64,000 bases of DNA from Vulcanimicrobiota bacterium (GCA_963833095.1 CAWHWQ010000008.1:128001-192000); one strand, 5' to 3'. Positions 41,705-51,537 are shown, numbered from the stretch's first letter. Notes: generated by a model from the letters alone, not told the origin. Numbers and translations: made by a program.

Positions 41705-42751
41705 GTGATACGCCGCTTCTTGGGTCTGGCAGCGTTTGCGTTGCTCTCCCTCCCGCTCTTGAACGTAACGACGGTGACAACGGCACCGGCGATTCACGTC
41801 TTCTCTTGTCAGGTCGTCTCCAGCACCCTGTATTTCCCGGCCGATCAGGTCGGTCTTGCGGTGCGATTTCGAAACGATGCCCCGCAAGATCTTGCGTCGA
41901 TCGTCTGGCGGGCACCGTACGAGCTTGGCTACGTCGATTTCACCGACGAAGGATCGTTTGCGCAGGGTCTACGCATCGACAATTTTGTGATCTTCGAAGC
42001 CGGCAAGTTGAAGGCAAACTGGGGGAACATCATCAACGATGTGGTCAACGCGCGCAGCAAGTACTATCCCGATCAGCCGTTCGTGACGGCCAACATGAAT
42101 CTGCCAATATATACGGGCACGGAAGATCCGGAGAATTGCACGGTCGTGCGCACGATTGCCAAGGATGGTACTCTCTGGCTCAACCCAGCGGTCTCGCAGT
42201 CGCCACCGCCGTTTCTGGTTCCAACGCCGCATCCAATCCGTAAGCGCGGCGAGGCCGTGCCCACGCCGGAACCGACAGCGACTCCGAGTTCTGAGGGCCC
42301 GGTTCTGCTTTACCCGTGTTTCGTCGGCGTGGATAGCACGCGCAGCTATCTCACGGTGCACTTCGCGAACCAGTCAATTAAACCGATGACCGATGTCGTG
42401 TTTCGCGCGCCCTACGGTTCCGGAACGCTGGATTTTGAAGATAGCGGTTCGTTCGCGCCGGGAATCGATATCAACCATCGCGAGCACGGCACGCAACTCG
42501 ACGCGCTTCACGGGCGAGAACTCTACGCGCCGAGCACGCCGCAACAGTGCGCGGTCGTTCACGTCACATTTTCCGACGGTACCGCGTGGCAGAATCCCGC
42601 GATTACCGGCGCGGCAATTGCACCGACGCCGATTCCGGATCAACTCGTTTTGCCGGCGCCTGCGTGGATACGTTGGACGAGCCGCCACACCTACCCGACA
42701 CCGTTTCCATCACCGACGGCATCGCCCGGCGAAACACCCTCACAACGATAA
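41705..42751 (+). CDS. Secreted protein with two copies of an unrecognised Cys-flanked beta domain
   Basis: Signal peptide; repeated C...L.V.F.N......FRAPY/WRAPY..DF.D.GSFA.G..I...C.VV.....DGT.W.NP; Pro/Thr linkers. Confidence 0.75.
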   Translation: MIRRFLGLAAFALLSLPLLNVTTVTTAPAIHVFSCQVVSSTLYFPADQVGLAVRFRNDAPQDLASIVWRAPYELGYVDFTDEGSFAQGLRIDNFVIFEAGKLKANWGNIINDVVNARSKYYPDQPFVTANMNLPIYTGTEDPENCTVVRTIAKDGTLWLNPAVSQSPPPFLVPTPHPIRKRGEAVPTPEPTATPSSEGPVLLYPCFVGVDSTRSYLTVHFANQSIKPMTDVVFRAPYGSGTLDFEDSGSFAPGIDINHREHGTQLDALHGRELYAPSTPQQCAVVHVTFSDGTAWQNPAITGAAIAPTPIPDQLVLPAPAWIRWTSRHTYPTPFPSPTASPGETPSQR

Positions 42752-42772
42752 CGCTCGGGATGACAGGGACGG

Positions 42773-44344
42773 CTACAACGATAGCCATGTTGCCGTTGCC
42801 ATTGCGCCGAGCAGTTGGCCATTGGCATGCGCGATGTCTTTGTCGTCGTAGATGCTGCTCTGCCCTTGCGTGCGATTGATGTAGAAGGCAAACGCCACGT
42901 GATGACCGCTGCGCGTGGTCATATAACCAGCCAGACCTTTGGCGGTGATGATCGCGTTGTCGTTGAGCTCGTTGGGGCCGCCGAACGTTCCCGTCTTCGC
43001 AAAGACCTTGCCTGCCGCGGGCGAGTCGTTTTGAATGTTGAAGAGCGTGCCGTCGACGCCCATGACCGGCAAGCCGTTGTGGAAATCGTCGTACCAGGGC
43101 TGCGTGCGCACCCAGGCGAGATAGTGCACCATGAAATCCGGCGTGAAGAAAGCCGATACGCCAAGGCCGTCGGTCATCGACGCGCTGTACACGTCGAGCC
43201 CCGCATTCTGCAACATCTTGCGTTCCAGCGCGAAGCCTTGGGCGAGTAGATCGGTGTGCGGCGACGGCGCGAGATGAATGGCCCAGGTGTACGGCCCCAT
43301 GGCCGCATGAAGATTGTCGCTGAGTTTGAGCGTGATGCGCACGTCCTGCGCGAGCGGAGGCGACGTGTGCGATGCGACCAGATTCGCGGCGGTGTAACTC
43401 ACTTTCGCCGTGGCCGGATCGAACGGTTCGGCATCTGCCGGAACGGTCACCGTAATCCCAGCGTCCTGCAAAACACTCGCGAACGCCATCTGCGCGAAGA
43501 CGTCCGGATTTGGAACGCGATAGGCAAAGAGTATCGTCGGTCCCGCCGGGATTGCACCGTTGATGGTCACGATGTGCGAACCGTTTGGTTGGGTAACGTC
43601 GTTGCTCATGTCGATCGTCGGCTCGCCACCTGCCGCGCTCGTCGTTGCGTGGTTGACGAAGCTTACGTACGGCGTTTGCGGCGAGACGGAAATGCTTGCA
43701 GCATCGCCGGCGCGCGCGCCCGGCGCGATCGTGACGTCGACGACGTTATCGTTGAGGATCATCGGCGAAACCATCGTTCCCGTGCCGCCCTCGGGGCCCG
43801 GACTTGCAAAGAGCGATGCGTCGACCGCGACGCGACCGTGGATCGCTTTCACGCCGCTCGCCTTTACTTGCGCGGCGAGCTGACGCAGCACGATCAACGA
43901 ATCGCCCGGCACCGCCTTCGTGTGCGGCAAACCGTCATACGCGTGATCTTCGTTCTCGAACGCCAACGTGCCATCGGGCTGGATGCGCTGCGAGATGTTC
44001 GGATCGCCGCTCGCGACCAAAACCACATCACCCTGCAGCGTGCCGGCCGCATCGACCGGACCGGTGCGATAGACCGGCGTCGTCCAGCGGAATCCCGGAC
44101 CAAGCAACGCAAGGCTCGTGCCTTCGGTGAGCAGCTTGGTCGTCGACGCGGCCTCCATATACGTTTGCGCGTTACGCGCAAAGAGCACGCGGTGTGTGTC
44201 GAGGTCGTAGACCTCGCCCGCGACGATCGCATGGCGCAGAAGCGGTGTGGCAAGGATTTGCCTCATTGTTACAGGCGGCGTGTTGTCCACCGCAGCAACG
44301 AGGGCGCTCAAAGCAAGCAGCAGCACAAGCAATCGCTGGTTCAT
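42773..44344 (-). CDS. dacB: D-Ala-D-Ala carboxypeptidase/endopeptidase (peptidase S13)
   Basis: ASTTK, SGDP, SDN, DGLG and AKTGT motifs; signal peptide. Confidence 0.93.
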   Translation of the reverse strand: MNQRLLVLLLALSALVAAVDNTPPVTMRQILATPLLRHAIVAGEVYDLDTHRVLFARNAQTYMEAASTTKLLTEGTSLALLGPGFRWTTPVYRTGPVDAAGTLQGDVVLVASGDPNISQRIQPDGTLAFENEDHAYDGLPHTKAVPGDSLIVLRQLAAQVKASGVKAIHGRVAVDASLFASPGPEGGTGTMVSPMILNDNVVDVTIAPGARAGDAASISVSPQTPYVSFVNHATTSAAGGEPTIDMSNDVTQPNGSHIVTINGAIPAGPTILFAYRVPNPDVFAQMAFASVLQDAGITVTVPADAEPFDPATAKVSYTAANLVASHTSPPLAQDVRITLKLSDNLHAAMGPYTWAIHLAPSPHTDLLAQGFALERKMLQNAGLDVYSASMTDGLGVSAFFTPDFMVHYLAWVRTQPWYDDFHNGLPVMGVDGTLFNIQNDSPAAGKVFAKTGTFGGPNELNDNAIITAKGLAGYMTTRSGHHVAFAFYINRTQGQSSIYDDKDIAHANGQLLGAMATATWLSL

Positions 44345-44440
44345 CTGGCGGTGGTTCTCCAAGCGGTTCCTCAGTCCGGCCTAATGCACGGGCCGCGAGA
44401 ATAGCGATACGATTGCCAAACGTTCCCGTTGCTACGCGAA

Positions 44441-44582
44441 GACCCCGGCGGTTACTAGCCTGCCGGGGTCCATCGTTTTGGAGGTTTAGCCTCCGCTCGA
44501 CCGCGGTATCATTTAGCGGGTACACGAAGAATGCGCCCGATAAACAAGGCCCGGTGTGAGTAAGCGCCGGGCCTTTCATTTT
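44441..44582. ncRNA. Unclassified structured intergenic RNA candidate
   Basis: Four consecutive hairpins: 44441-44470, 44480-44494, 44517-44539 and 44546-44575. Confidence 0.35.
44546..44582 (+). terminator. Intrinsic terminator-like hairpin
   Basis: AAGGCCCGGTGT-GAGTAA-GCGCCGGGCCTT followed by TCATTTT. Confidence 0.6.
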
Positions 44583-44610
44583 GGTAAGATGGCGGCAAGG
44601 AGGCGCTACT

Positions 44611-45135
44611 TTGACTGTCTTGCGTTGTTTTGCAGCTTTTCTTGCGCTGGCCGTCGCCGTTGCGTGCTCCGGCAATTCAGGGTTTGTCGCCGCGCGCCAG
44701 TCGAGCGCGCCCGGTGCAGGCGCTCCATCAAACTACGTCGGTACGTTTCCGATCGCGTACACGAGTCCGGCCGGAACATGCGGCACCTCGGTCCTGCCGA
44801 CGGCATTGAAGATCACCGGCACGGCGACCGGCAGCGGAGGGGCGGTGCTGCTGAGCGGGTCGATCGTCGGCGGGAGCGCGGCATTCAACGGGAGCAGTTT
44901 GCAGTCGAGTGGTGACAGCGCCGACCCGCAGTATCCGTCGGCGTTTGTCTTCGATAATTCGCTCGCGATTCTCTCTGCCGCGGGAACGTTACCGGGACCG
45001 CTGTTCCAATTAGAGATCGACGTCGCCGCCTGGAATCCGCCCGCGACCACCGGCCCGAACGTTTTGGTCTGGTTTAACTCTACGGCTTGCAGCGAATCCG
45101 ACGAGTTCGCGATTCTCGGTACGCCGGCACCGTAA
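44611..45135 (+). CDS. Putative lipoprotein
   Basis: AAGGAGG RBS 7 nt before TTG; hydrophobic stretch ending AVAC. Confidence 0.65.
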   Translation: MTVLRCFAAFLALAVAVACSGNSGFVAARQSSAPGAGAPSNYVGTFPIAYTSPAGTCGTSVLPTALKITGTATGSGGAVLLSGSIVGGSAAFNGSSLQSSGDSADPQYPSAFVFDNSLAILSAAGTLPGPLFQLEIDVAAWNPPATTGPNVLVWFNSTACSESDEFAILGTPAP

Positions 45136-45138
45136 GAC

Positions 45139-46143
45139 TTAGAGCAGACGCATCGCGCGTTTGACGTCGGCCAATACCACGGCGGCAATCTCGCGCGTGC
45201 GTGCCGTCCCTTCCTCGATGATCCGCTCGACCTGCATTGGATCGGCGCGATAGATCGTGAGGCGCTCGCGCACCGGACGCAGATACTCGTTGAGTTGTTC
45301 GGCAAAGTCGCCCTTATCCGCGACGCATCCAAGCGCGCCTGAGCGGCACTCTGCGGCGATACCGTCGACCTTGAGCGGATTGACGAATTTCCACAACGCA
45401 AAGACCGGGCAGACTTCGGGACGGCCGGGATCGCCGCGCCGAATTTTTTGTGGATCGGTAACCATCGAGCGGACTTTTTTCGTCGTCGTTTCGTCGTCGT
45501 CGGCGATGAGGATTGCGTTGTCGTATGATTTCGACATCTTGCGCCCGTCGGTGCCGGGCACTTCGGCAAATTCGGTCAGCGTCGGATGCGGTTCCACGAG
45601 CACCTCCGCGCCGTTGCCGTAAAGATAATTGAAGCGCCGCACGACTTCGCGCCCGAGTTCGAGGTGCGCGACTTGATCGCGACCGACCGGCACGCGTTCG
45701 CCGCGCACGATCGCCACGTCGCACAATTGTAGCAGCGGATAGCCCAAGAAGCCGGCGGTGGCAATCTGCGCGCCGAGTGCCTCGATCTGACTTTTGAACG
45801 TCGGCACGCGCTCGAGCCACGAGATCGGCGTGATCATCGAGAGCAACGTGTACAGTTCGGAGATCTCGGGCACTGCCGATTGCAAAAAGATCGTCGACTT
45901 GTTGGGATCGACGCCGGCGGCGAGCCAGACCGCGACCATCTCGTTGCGCGCATCGCGAATCGCTTGCGGGTCTTCAAAGCCGGTCGTATACGCGTGCAAA
46001 TCGGCGATTTCGAAATAGGCGTCGGCCGTATCGCAATAATTCGCCCATTGGGTCAGCACGCCCACGAGATGGCCGAGATGTAGTCCGCCGGTCGGGCGCA
46101 TACCCGACATCACGCGTGGTTTAGCTTCAGTCGCGCTCGTCAT
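45139..46143 (-). CDS. trpS: Tryptophan--tRNA ligase
   Basis: SGMRPTG.LHLGH, VPVGRDQ and KMSKS motifs. Confidence 0.97.
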   Translation of the reverse strand: MTSATEAKPRVMSGMRPTGGLHLGHLVGVLTQWANYCDTADAYFEIADLHAYTTGFEDPQAIRDARNEMVAVWLAAGVDPNKSTIFLQSAVPEISELYTLLSMITPISWLERVPTFKSQIEALGAQIATAGFLGYPLLQLCDVAIVRGERVPVGRDQVAHLELGREVVRRFNYLYGNGAEVLVEPHPTLTEFAEVPGTDGRKMSKSYDNAILIADDDETTTKKVRSMVTDPQKIRRGDPGRPEVCPVFALWKFVNPLKVDGIAAECRSGALGCVADKGDFAEQLNEYLRPVRERLTIYRADPMQVERIIEEGTARTREIAAVVLADVKRAMRLL

Positions 46144-46149
46144 CGGCGC

Positions 46150-46908
46150 TCAATACGCCGCGCGCATGCCGTCAACTTGCACGGCGTGCGCAATTCGCTC
46201 GCGCACGAATGCGCGCGCAAAGCGTACGGCGGCGCGCAGTTCGTCGCCTCGAGCAAGTGCAAAGGCCAGCGCCATCGCAAGCGTGCAGCCCGTGCCGCGC
46301 ATCTCGCCGCTGATGCGCTGGCCCGAAAACGTCTCGACGCCGTCGCGATCGGCCAGCACGTCGGACGGTTCCCCAGCGAGGTGGCCGCCTTTGAGCAGCA
46401 CCGCGCGAGCGCCGCGCGAGCGAAGTTCCACGGCGGCGTCCACGAGCTGCGCGCGGCCGATCTCGCGTCCGAGCAAGGCCACGGCTTCATCGAGATTCGG
46501 GGTCAGCACCACCTGTGGCAGAATCAGCAGCTCCGCGCCGATTGCGCCCAGCGTCCCCTCGCCGGCGAGCGCACCGCTTCCGGTCGCGGAGACGACCGGA
46601 TCGACAACCACGGGAAGCTCTCTGACGGCAAGGGCCGCGGCGACGGCATGTACCGCATCCGGCGAACCCAGGGCACCGACGCGAACCGCGCCCACGAGGT
46701 TCCACGGGATCGCCTCGAGCTGCGCTTGCACCGTCGTCCGCGAGAGCGGTTCGAGGGCATGCACCCCGCGCGCATCCTGCGCGCTGATCGCGGCAAGTAC
46801 GCTGAAGACGCGCGCGCCAAGCGCGGCGCCGATCCGCAGATCGAGCCCGACGCCCGCGACGTTCCACGGATGTGTCGTCCCGATGGTTAGGACGGTCACT
46901 TCACCCAT
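46150..46908 (-). CDS. thiD: Hydroxymethylpyrimidine/phosphomethylpyrimidine kinase family
   Basis: VVDPV, LTPNLDEA, LLKGGH and GTGC motifs; near thiE. Confidence 0.85.
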   Translation of the reverse strand: MGEVTVLTIGTTHPWNVAGVGLDLRIGAALGARVFSVLAAISAQDARGVHALEPLSRTTVQAQLEAIPWNLVGAVRVGALGSPDAVHAVAAALAVRELPVVVDPVVSATGSGALAGEGTLGAIGAELLILPQVVLTPNLDEAVALLGREIGRAQLVDAAVELRSRGARAVLLKGGHLAGEPSDVLADRDGVETFSGQRISGEMRGTGCTLAMALAFALARGDELRAAVRFARAFVRERIAHAVQVDGMRAAY

Positions 46909-47267
46909 CCGAGACGCTCGTATACACCGAAGCCGGCGTCGACCAACGCCGAAAGTTCCACGAGCAGCTCGCGCTCGGGGCGCACGAAATTGAAGCACGA
47001 ACGGCCGTGCAAGCGCTTTTTGAGCGCATCGCTCACGCTGCCGAGCAGTTCGGGATGCGAGTAGACCGGCGAGAGATGAAAGCTCACGAAGGCGCGGCGG
47101 ATCTGCACGCCGGCAAACGGCATCGCGCGTTTGAACTCGGAGACGTACTCGCCGTCGAGCATGTAAAACGTGGCGGTGTCTTGCGCCGCGTGCAGCCGCG
47201 ACGCGTACGGTGCGAGCAATCCCTTGAGCACCGCAAACGTGCCGGCAAAATCACGCGCCGCCGGCAT
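46896..47267 (-). CDS. Hypothetical protein, possibly DUF1801-like
   Basis: FAGVQIRRAFVSFHL.PVY..PEL...LKKRLHGRSCFNF; coupled to both neighbours. Confidence 0.7.
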   Translation of the reverse strand: MPAARDFAGTFAVLKGLLAPYASRLHAAQDTATFYMLDGEYVSEFKRAMPFAGVQIRRAFVSFHLSPVYSHPELLGSVSDALKKRLHGRSCFNFVRPERELLVELSALVDAGFGVYERLGWVK

Positions 47268-47910
47268 TCCACCGCTCCACTAGCGCACGTGCGGCCGCAC
47301 CCGGATCCGGAGCGCTCGCAACCGCCGAGATCACCGCCGCCATGCTCACGCCGGTTGCGCGCACCGCGTCGAGCTGAGCCAGGCCAATCCCGCCGATCGC
47401 TGCCGCCGGCAACCAACTCTCGGAGGCGATGTCGCGCAATCCCTCGATGCCGATCGGTATCCCCGCGTCGTCCTTGGATGCAGTCGCGTACACCGCGCCG
47501 ATCCCGACGTAGTCGACGTCCTCGACGTTCGCGTAGCGGACTTCGTCGACGTTGCCGCACGAGAGGCCGACCAGACGATCGGCGAGCGCCTTACGCACCG
47601 GTGCGACCGCGGCGAAGCCCTCGTCGTCGGGGCCGAGGTGAACGCCGTCGCACTGATATTTGAGCGCTGCACGCCAATCGTCGTTGACAATCAATAGCGC
47701 CCCGTGCGCGAGCGTCTGCTGGCGCAGCAATTGCAAATGTCCGACGTTCACGCCGTCTTTGGCGCGATATTGCAGCACCTTCACCCCCGCCTCGAGCGCC
47801 GCGCAACCGATCTCGAGCACGCGTGCATCTTCGTTGACGATCACATAGATGCCGCGTAGCCGCTCGGCGCGACGGGTTCGCGCTAGGAGCGCTGCTTCAT
47901 CCGTCGCCAT
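47251..47910 (-). CDS. thiE: Thiamine-phosphate synthase
   Basis: LQYRAK, IVNDD, GVHLG, TASK and AIGGI motifs. Confidence 0.95.
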   Translation of the reverse strand: MATDEAALLARTRRAERLRGIYVIVNEDARVLEIGCAALEAGVKVLQYRAKDGVNVGHLQLLRQQTLAHGALLIVNDDWRAALKYQCDGVHLGPDDEGFAAVAPVRKALADRLVGLSCGNVDEVRYANVEDVDYVGIGAVYATASKDDAGIPIGIEGLRDIASESWLPAAAIGGIGLAQLDAVRATGVSMAAVISAVASAPDPGAAARALVERWNAGGA

Positions 47911-48062
47911 AGCACGATATTCGCGAGGAGATAGATCGCAAAGACGACGGGGATGCCGACGGCGATAGCGGTGTTGTGACGTTGCAGCGCGATCGGCACG
48001 ATCAACACGAAACACAACACGCCGAACATCAACATCGTGATGAGGCGCGTGAACGGCATCAT
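47883..48062 (-). CDS. 59-aa two-TM membrane protein (below the ORF-track cutoff)
   Basis: [63 protein letters not shown] overlap with the parB stop. Confidence 0.7.
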   Translation of the reverse strand: MMPFTRLITMLMFGVLCFVLIVPIALQRHNTAIAVGIPVVFAIYLLANIVLWRRMKQRS

Positions 48063-48915
48063 GGTTCGAGCAACAGATCCGAGAGGCGCAAGAGTTCGGT
48101 TTCGTTGGCGAAACGGAACTCGATCTTGCCGCCTCTGTTGCCGCGCACCAGCGCCACGTGCGTGCCGAACCGCTCGCGCAGGCGCGACTCGAACTCAGCT
48201 TCGTCGGGCGAGAGGTCGCGGACGCGCCCAGTTGCGGCCGGCGTTTTGACTGCACCGGTGATTTTCTCGAGCGCCCGCACGGAGAGACCATCTTTGAGGG
48301 CGCGCTGCGCCAGCTTGAGACGGTCGCTCGCTGGAGCGGCAAGCAGCGCACGGCCGTGTCCGGCGGATAGGCGCCCGTCGACCAGCATCACCTTGATCGC
48401 GTCAGGCAGCGCGAGCAGTCGCAGGGAATTGGCGATCGCCGGACGGCTGCGTCCCAGGCGCCCCGCCAGATCTTCCTGCGTGAAGCCATACTCATCCATC
48501 AAGCTCGAAAAGCCGGCAGCTTCTTCGATCGGATTGAGGTTCTCGCGCTGGAGATTTTCGATGATCGCGACTTCGAGCGAATCACGGTCGTCGGATTCGC
48601 GCACGATCGCCGGAATCGTCGGCCGCTGCAGTGTTGCGCACGCGCGCCAACGCCGTTCGCCCGCCACGAGTTCGAAGTTCTCGCCGCGTTTGCGCACAAT
48701 GATCGGCACCAGCACGCCGTACTCGCCGATCGACACGCGCAGATCGTCCATCGCGGCTTCATCGAAATGTTTGCGTGGCTGAAACGGATTGGGGGTGATG
48801 CGCGCTACCGGAATTTCTCGCAGCGCTTCTTGCGCCGCGGGCGAGGTCGGAACCGGTGCGTCGCCGAGTAGCGCGCCCAGTCCCCGGCCCAATCCGCGCT
48901 TGGGTGCTGACTCAT
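48059..48915 (-). CDS. parB: Chromosome partitioning protein ParB; likely ATG 48915 is out of frame
   Basis: [33 protein letters not shown] and HTH. Confidence 0.95.
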
Positions 48916-49684
48916 ACCGATGCGCGGTGCTCCGAGCAATTCTTTCGCGAGCGAAATATAGGCTTGCGCGCCGCGGCTCTTTACGTCGAAGAGGATGACC
49001 GGTTTGCCAAACGACGGCGCTTCAGAAAGACGGATGTTGCGCGGAATCTGTGTTTTGAACATCTGCTGCGGGAAGAATTTTTCAAGCTCGTCGAGCACTT
49101 CCATCGCCAGGCGCGTGCGGCCGTCGAACATCGTCACCAGGACGCCGCTGACGTGCAGGGTGGGGTTGAGCGCTTCGCGCACGCGGCGGACCACGGCGGT
49201 GAGCTGCGAGAGACCTTCGAGCGCGTAATACTCGGCTTGCACCGGAATGATCGCTTCTTCCGCCGCGGTGAGCGCGTTAATCGTGAGAAGCCCGAGCGAC
49301 GGCGGGCAATCGATCAAGATGAAATCGTAGCGTGAGGCGACCGGTAAGAGTGCTTGGCGTAGACGCGTTTCACGCGAAAGCAAAGAGACAAGCTCGATCT
49401 CGGCACCGGCCAGATTGATCGTTGCGGGCACGAGCGTAAGTGTGTCGATCTCCGTGCGCACCGCGACATCGTCGATGCTCGCTTCCTGCAACAAGACGTC
49501 GTAGACATCGCGTTGCAAGCCGTGCTTGTCGATACCGAATCCCGTCGTCGTGTTGCCTTGCGGATCGCAATCCACGACGAGCACGCGCCGGCCTTCAACG
49601 GCAAGCGCAGCACCGAGATTAACGGCTGTCGTGCTCTTTCCGACGCCGCCTTTTTGATTTACGAGGGCGATAATGCGACGTCAA
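48912..49684 (-). CDS. parA: ParA/Soj ATPase with apparent indels at both ends
   Basis: [31 protein letters not shown] and LSEAPSFG motifs. Confidence 0.95.
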
Positions 49685-51072
49685 CCGATGGCTCTGTCAA
49701 CAACGGCGAGATGGCCGTCCAGTAGTGCGAGGAGAACTTCGCGCTCGTTACGCTCGGGGCGCTCTGTAACCTGCTCGAACAGCCAGTGCAGCGCTGCGCC
49801 GACGCGTGCATCACCGCGAAATTCGCTCGGCGCCAAACCGTGGCGCACCATCGCTGCAATGACGTCGCCGCCGCTGATTGCAAGGTCGGCAACCGAGAAC
49901 GCGGGCTTGCGTTCTACTTCCTCCCAGACCCGTGCTTCGAAGCGCTCGTTCGAATCGTCGCGCTTGGGCAAACCCGAACCCGCGATATCGGCGTGGCGCA
50001 CGGCGAACTGGCGCTGCAAATGCTCGAGGCCGATGCGGCGGATGAAACGGCGAATCGCCGCGTCGCTGAGCTCGGGGTCCTGCACGTACATGTGCTGGCG
50101 GATCAGGTGCTCAACCGTGTCGACCGTCTCGTTGGAAAAGCGCAACCGCTGGAGCATCGCGGCCGCCATGTCGGCCCCGACCTGCTCGTGGCGATAGAAA
50201 TGCGGGCCTTCCTTCGTTCGGGGCTTGCCAACGTCGTGGAGTAGTGCAGCCAAGCGAAGAGTCGCATCCCTCGGTGGAATTGCATCGAGGGTCGCTAGGT
50301 TGTGTTGCCAGACATCGTAAGCATGCCACTCGTTCTGCTCGACGCCGGCACCCTCGAGCAGCTCCGGCCAGAACCGCGCGAGCACCCCGGTATCCGCCAG
50401 GAGGCGCAGCCCAATGGAGGGCTTGGGCGCCAGGCCGAAGAGTTTTTGCAATTCGTCGTGGATACGCTCGGGCGCGACGCTGCTCACCAGAGGAGCGGCC
50501 GCGCGCATCGCCTCGATCGTGGCTGGCGTGGGCTCATAGCCGAAGCGTGCGGCGAACTGTGCGGCGCGCAGCATGCGCAGCGGATCTTCTTCGAAGGCGA
50601 CCGGGGTAAGGATATCGATTCGGCGCGCGCGGATGTCAACCGCGCCGCCATAGGGATCGACGAGCTCGGCGCCCGGAAGCGCACGGGCGATCATGTTCAT
50701 CCGGAAGTCGCGCCGAGCCAGGTCGTCCTCGAGGGGGATCTCCGGCCCGCTCTGGACCTCGAAATCGCGGTGTCCATGGCCGGTTGAGCGCTCGCGGCGC
50801 GGCAACGCCACGTCGACGACCAGGCCGCCGACCGTCAGCTTGGCCACCGCAAAGGCGGCGCCAACGAGATCGACCCGTCCCAGCGTCTGGAGGCGCGCGG
50901 TCAACGCCTCGAGCGTCAGGCCAGTAACGACATAGTCGAGATCCTTGGCCGGCACGTCGACCCCTTCGAGGTCAGCACGAAGCTCGTCGCGCACCCGACC
51001 GCCGACGGCAAAGAGCCGGCCGGGCGCGAGCGCCTCAGCCAGCCGGGCGTCGAGCGGATGAGACTGGTACAT
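49681..51072 (-). CDS. CCA tRNA nucleotidyltransferase / poly(A) polymerase family with HD domain
   Basis: VGGRVRD, DLD, RRDF, EDPLRMLRA and LLHDVGK motifs. Confidence 0.92.
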   Translation of the reverse strand: MYQSHPLDARLAEALAPGRLFAVGGRVRDELRADLEGVDVPAKDLDYVVTGLTLEALTARLQTLGRVDLVGAAFAVAKLTVGGLVVDVALPRRERSTGHGHRDFEVQSGPEIPLEDDLARRDFRMNMIARALPGAELVDPYGGAVDIRARRIDILTPVAFEEDPLRMLRAAQFAARFGYEPTPATIEAMRAAAPLVSSVAPERIHDELQKLFGLAPKPSIGLRLLADTGVLARFWPELLEGAGVEQNEWHAYDVWQHNLATLDAIPPRDATLRLAALLHDVGKPRTKEGPHFYRHEQVGADMAAAMLQRLRFSNETVDTVEHLIRQHMYVQDPELSDAAIRRFIRRIGLEHLQRQFAVRHADIAGSGLPKRDDSNERFEARVWEEVERKPAFSVADLAISGGDVIAAMVRHGLAPSEFRGDARVGAALHWLFEQVTERPERNEREVLLALLDGHLAVVDRAIG

Positions 51073-51166
51073 CGCCTCCTATCGTATCAGGACGGTTCCA
51101 TGCCGCTTCGCGGCGCCGCACATCCTGTGCTCGGAACCTTCCTCACCATCCTGGCGATCGCGAAAA

Positions 51167-51182
51167 TGTTCCCCGTGAAACA
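51167..51182. promoter_or_regulatory. parS: parS-like site 1
   Basis: TGTTCCCCGTGAAACA matches TGTTNCACGTGAAACA at 15/16; upstream of the parAB operon. Confidence 0.8.
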
Positions 51183-51289
51183 TTTGGTGATTATCCCTTG
51201 ACCGCACGTATCCGGCGGAAAGGATTTTTCGCCATTCCAGGTTGGAACGGCGCTGAAAAGCGACTCATCTGAGAGGATTCTCACTCCTG

Positions 51290-51318
51290 TTGAAACCGAA
51301 ATTGGACCAACGTAGACT
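51290..51318 (+). promoter_or_regulatory. Sigma70-type promoter for the 62-aa passenger ORF
   Basis: TTGAAA-17 nt-TAGACT, followed by AAGGAGG at 51334-51340. Confidence 0.6.
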
Positions 51319-51348
51319 TGAGGCATCAGGGCTAAGGAGGCCCAAGCT

Positions 51349-51537
51349 ATGATGCCCGCAGACGAACCCTTCGCTGTGACCAGAGTGATCGGCACCGCCC
51401 ACGATTTGGTTCAAATGCTTCGTGGCTACGGTCAACCCGCAGTTACTCCAAGCGCGGTCGTTGACGGCAAGAGCCTCAAGGACGCGCTGCTGGGCCTGCG
51501 GAGCGTTATCGACGAATTCTTAGCGGGGAAGCTCTAA
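51349..51537 (+). CDS. 62-aa hypothetical IS passenger protein
   Basis: Strong RBS and promoter; amphipathic C-terminal helix LKDALLGLRSVIDEFL. Confidence 0.65.
   Translation: MMPADEPFAVTRVIGTAHDLVQMLRGYGQPAVTPSAVVDGKSLKDALLGLRSVIDEFLAGKL

Noticed and set aside
44400..44475. c-di-GMP-I riboswitch (GCCAAA...ACGCGAAG...CCGG resemblance)
   Set aside because: Lacks the GNRA-capped P2 stem and a convincing P1; kept only as an unclassified RNA candidate.
46144..46160. T-box leader for trpS
   Set aside because: trpS starts 6 nt after thiD, leaving no room for a leader.
49366..49381. Third parS inside parA (CGTTTCACGCGAAAGC)
   Set aside because: Four mismatches to consensus, and explainable by coding of the SRE residues.
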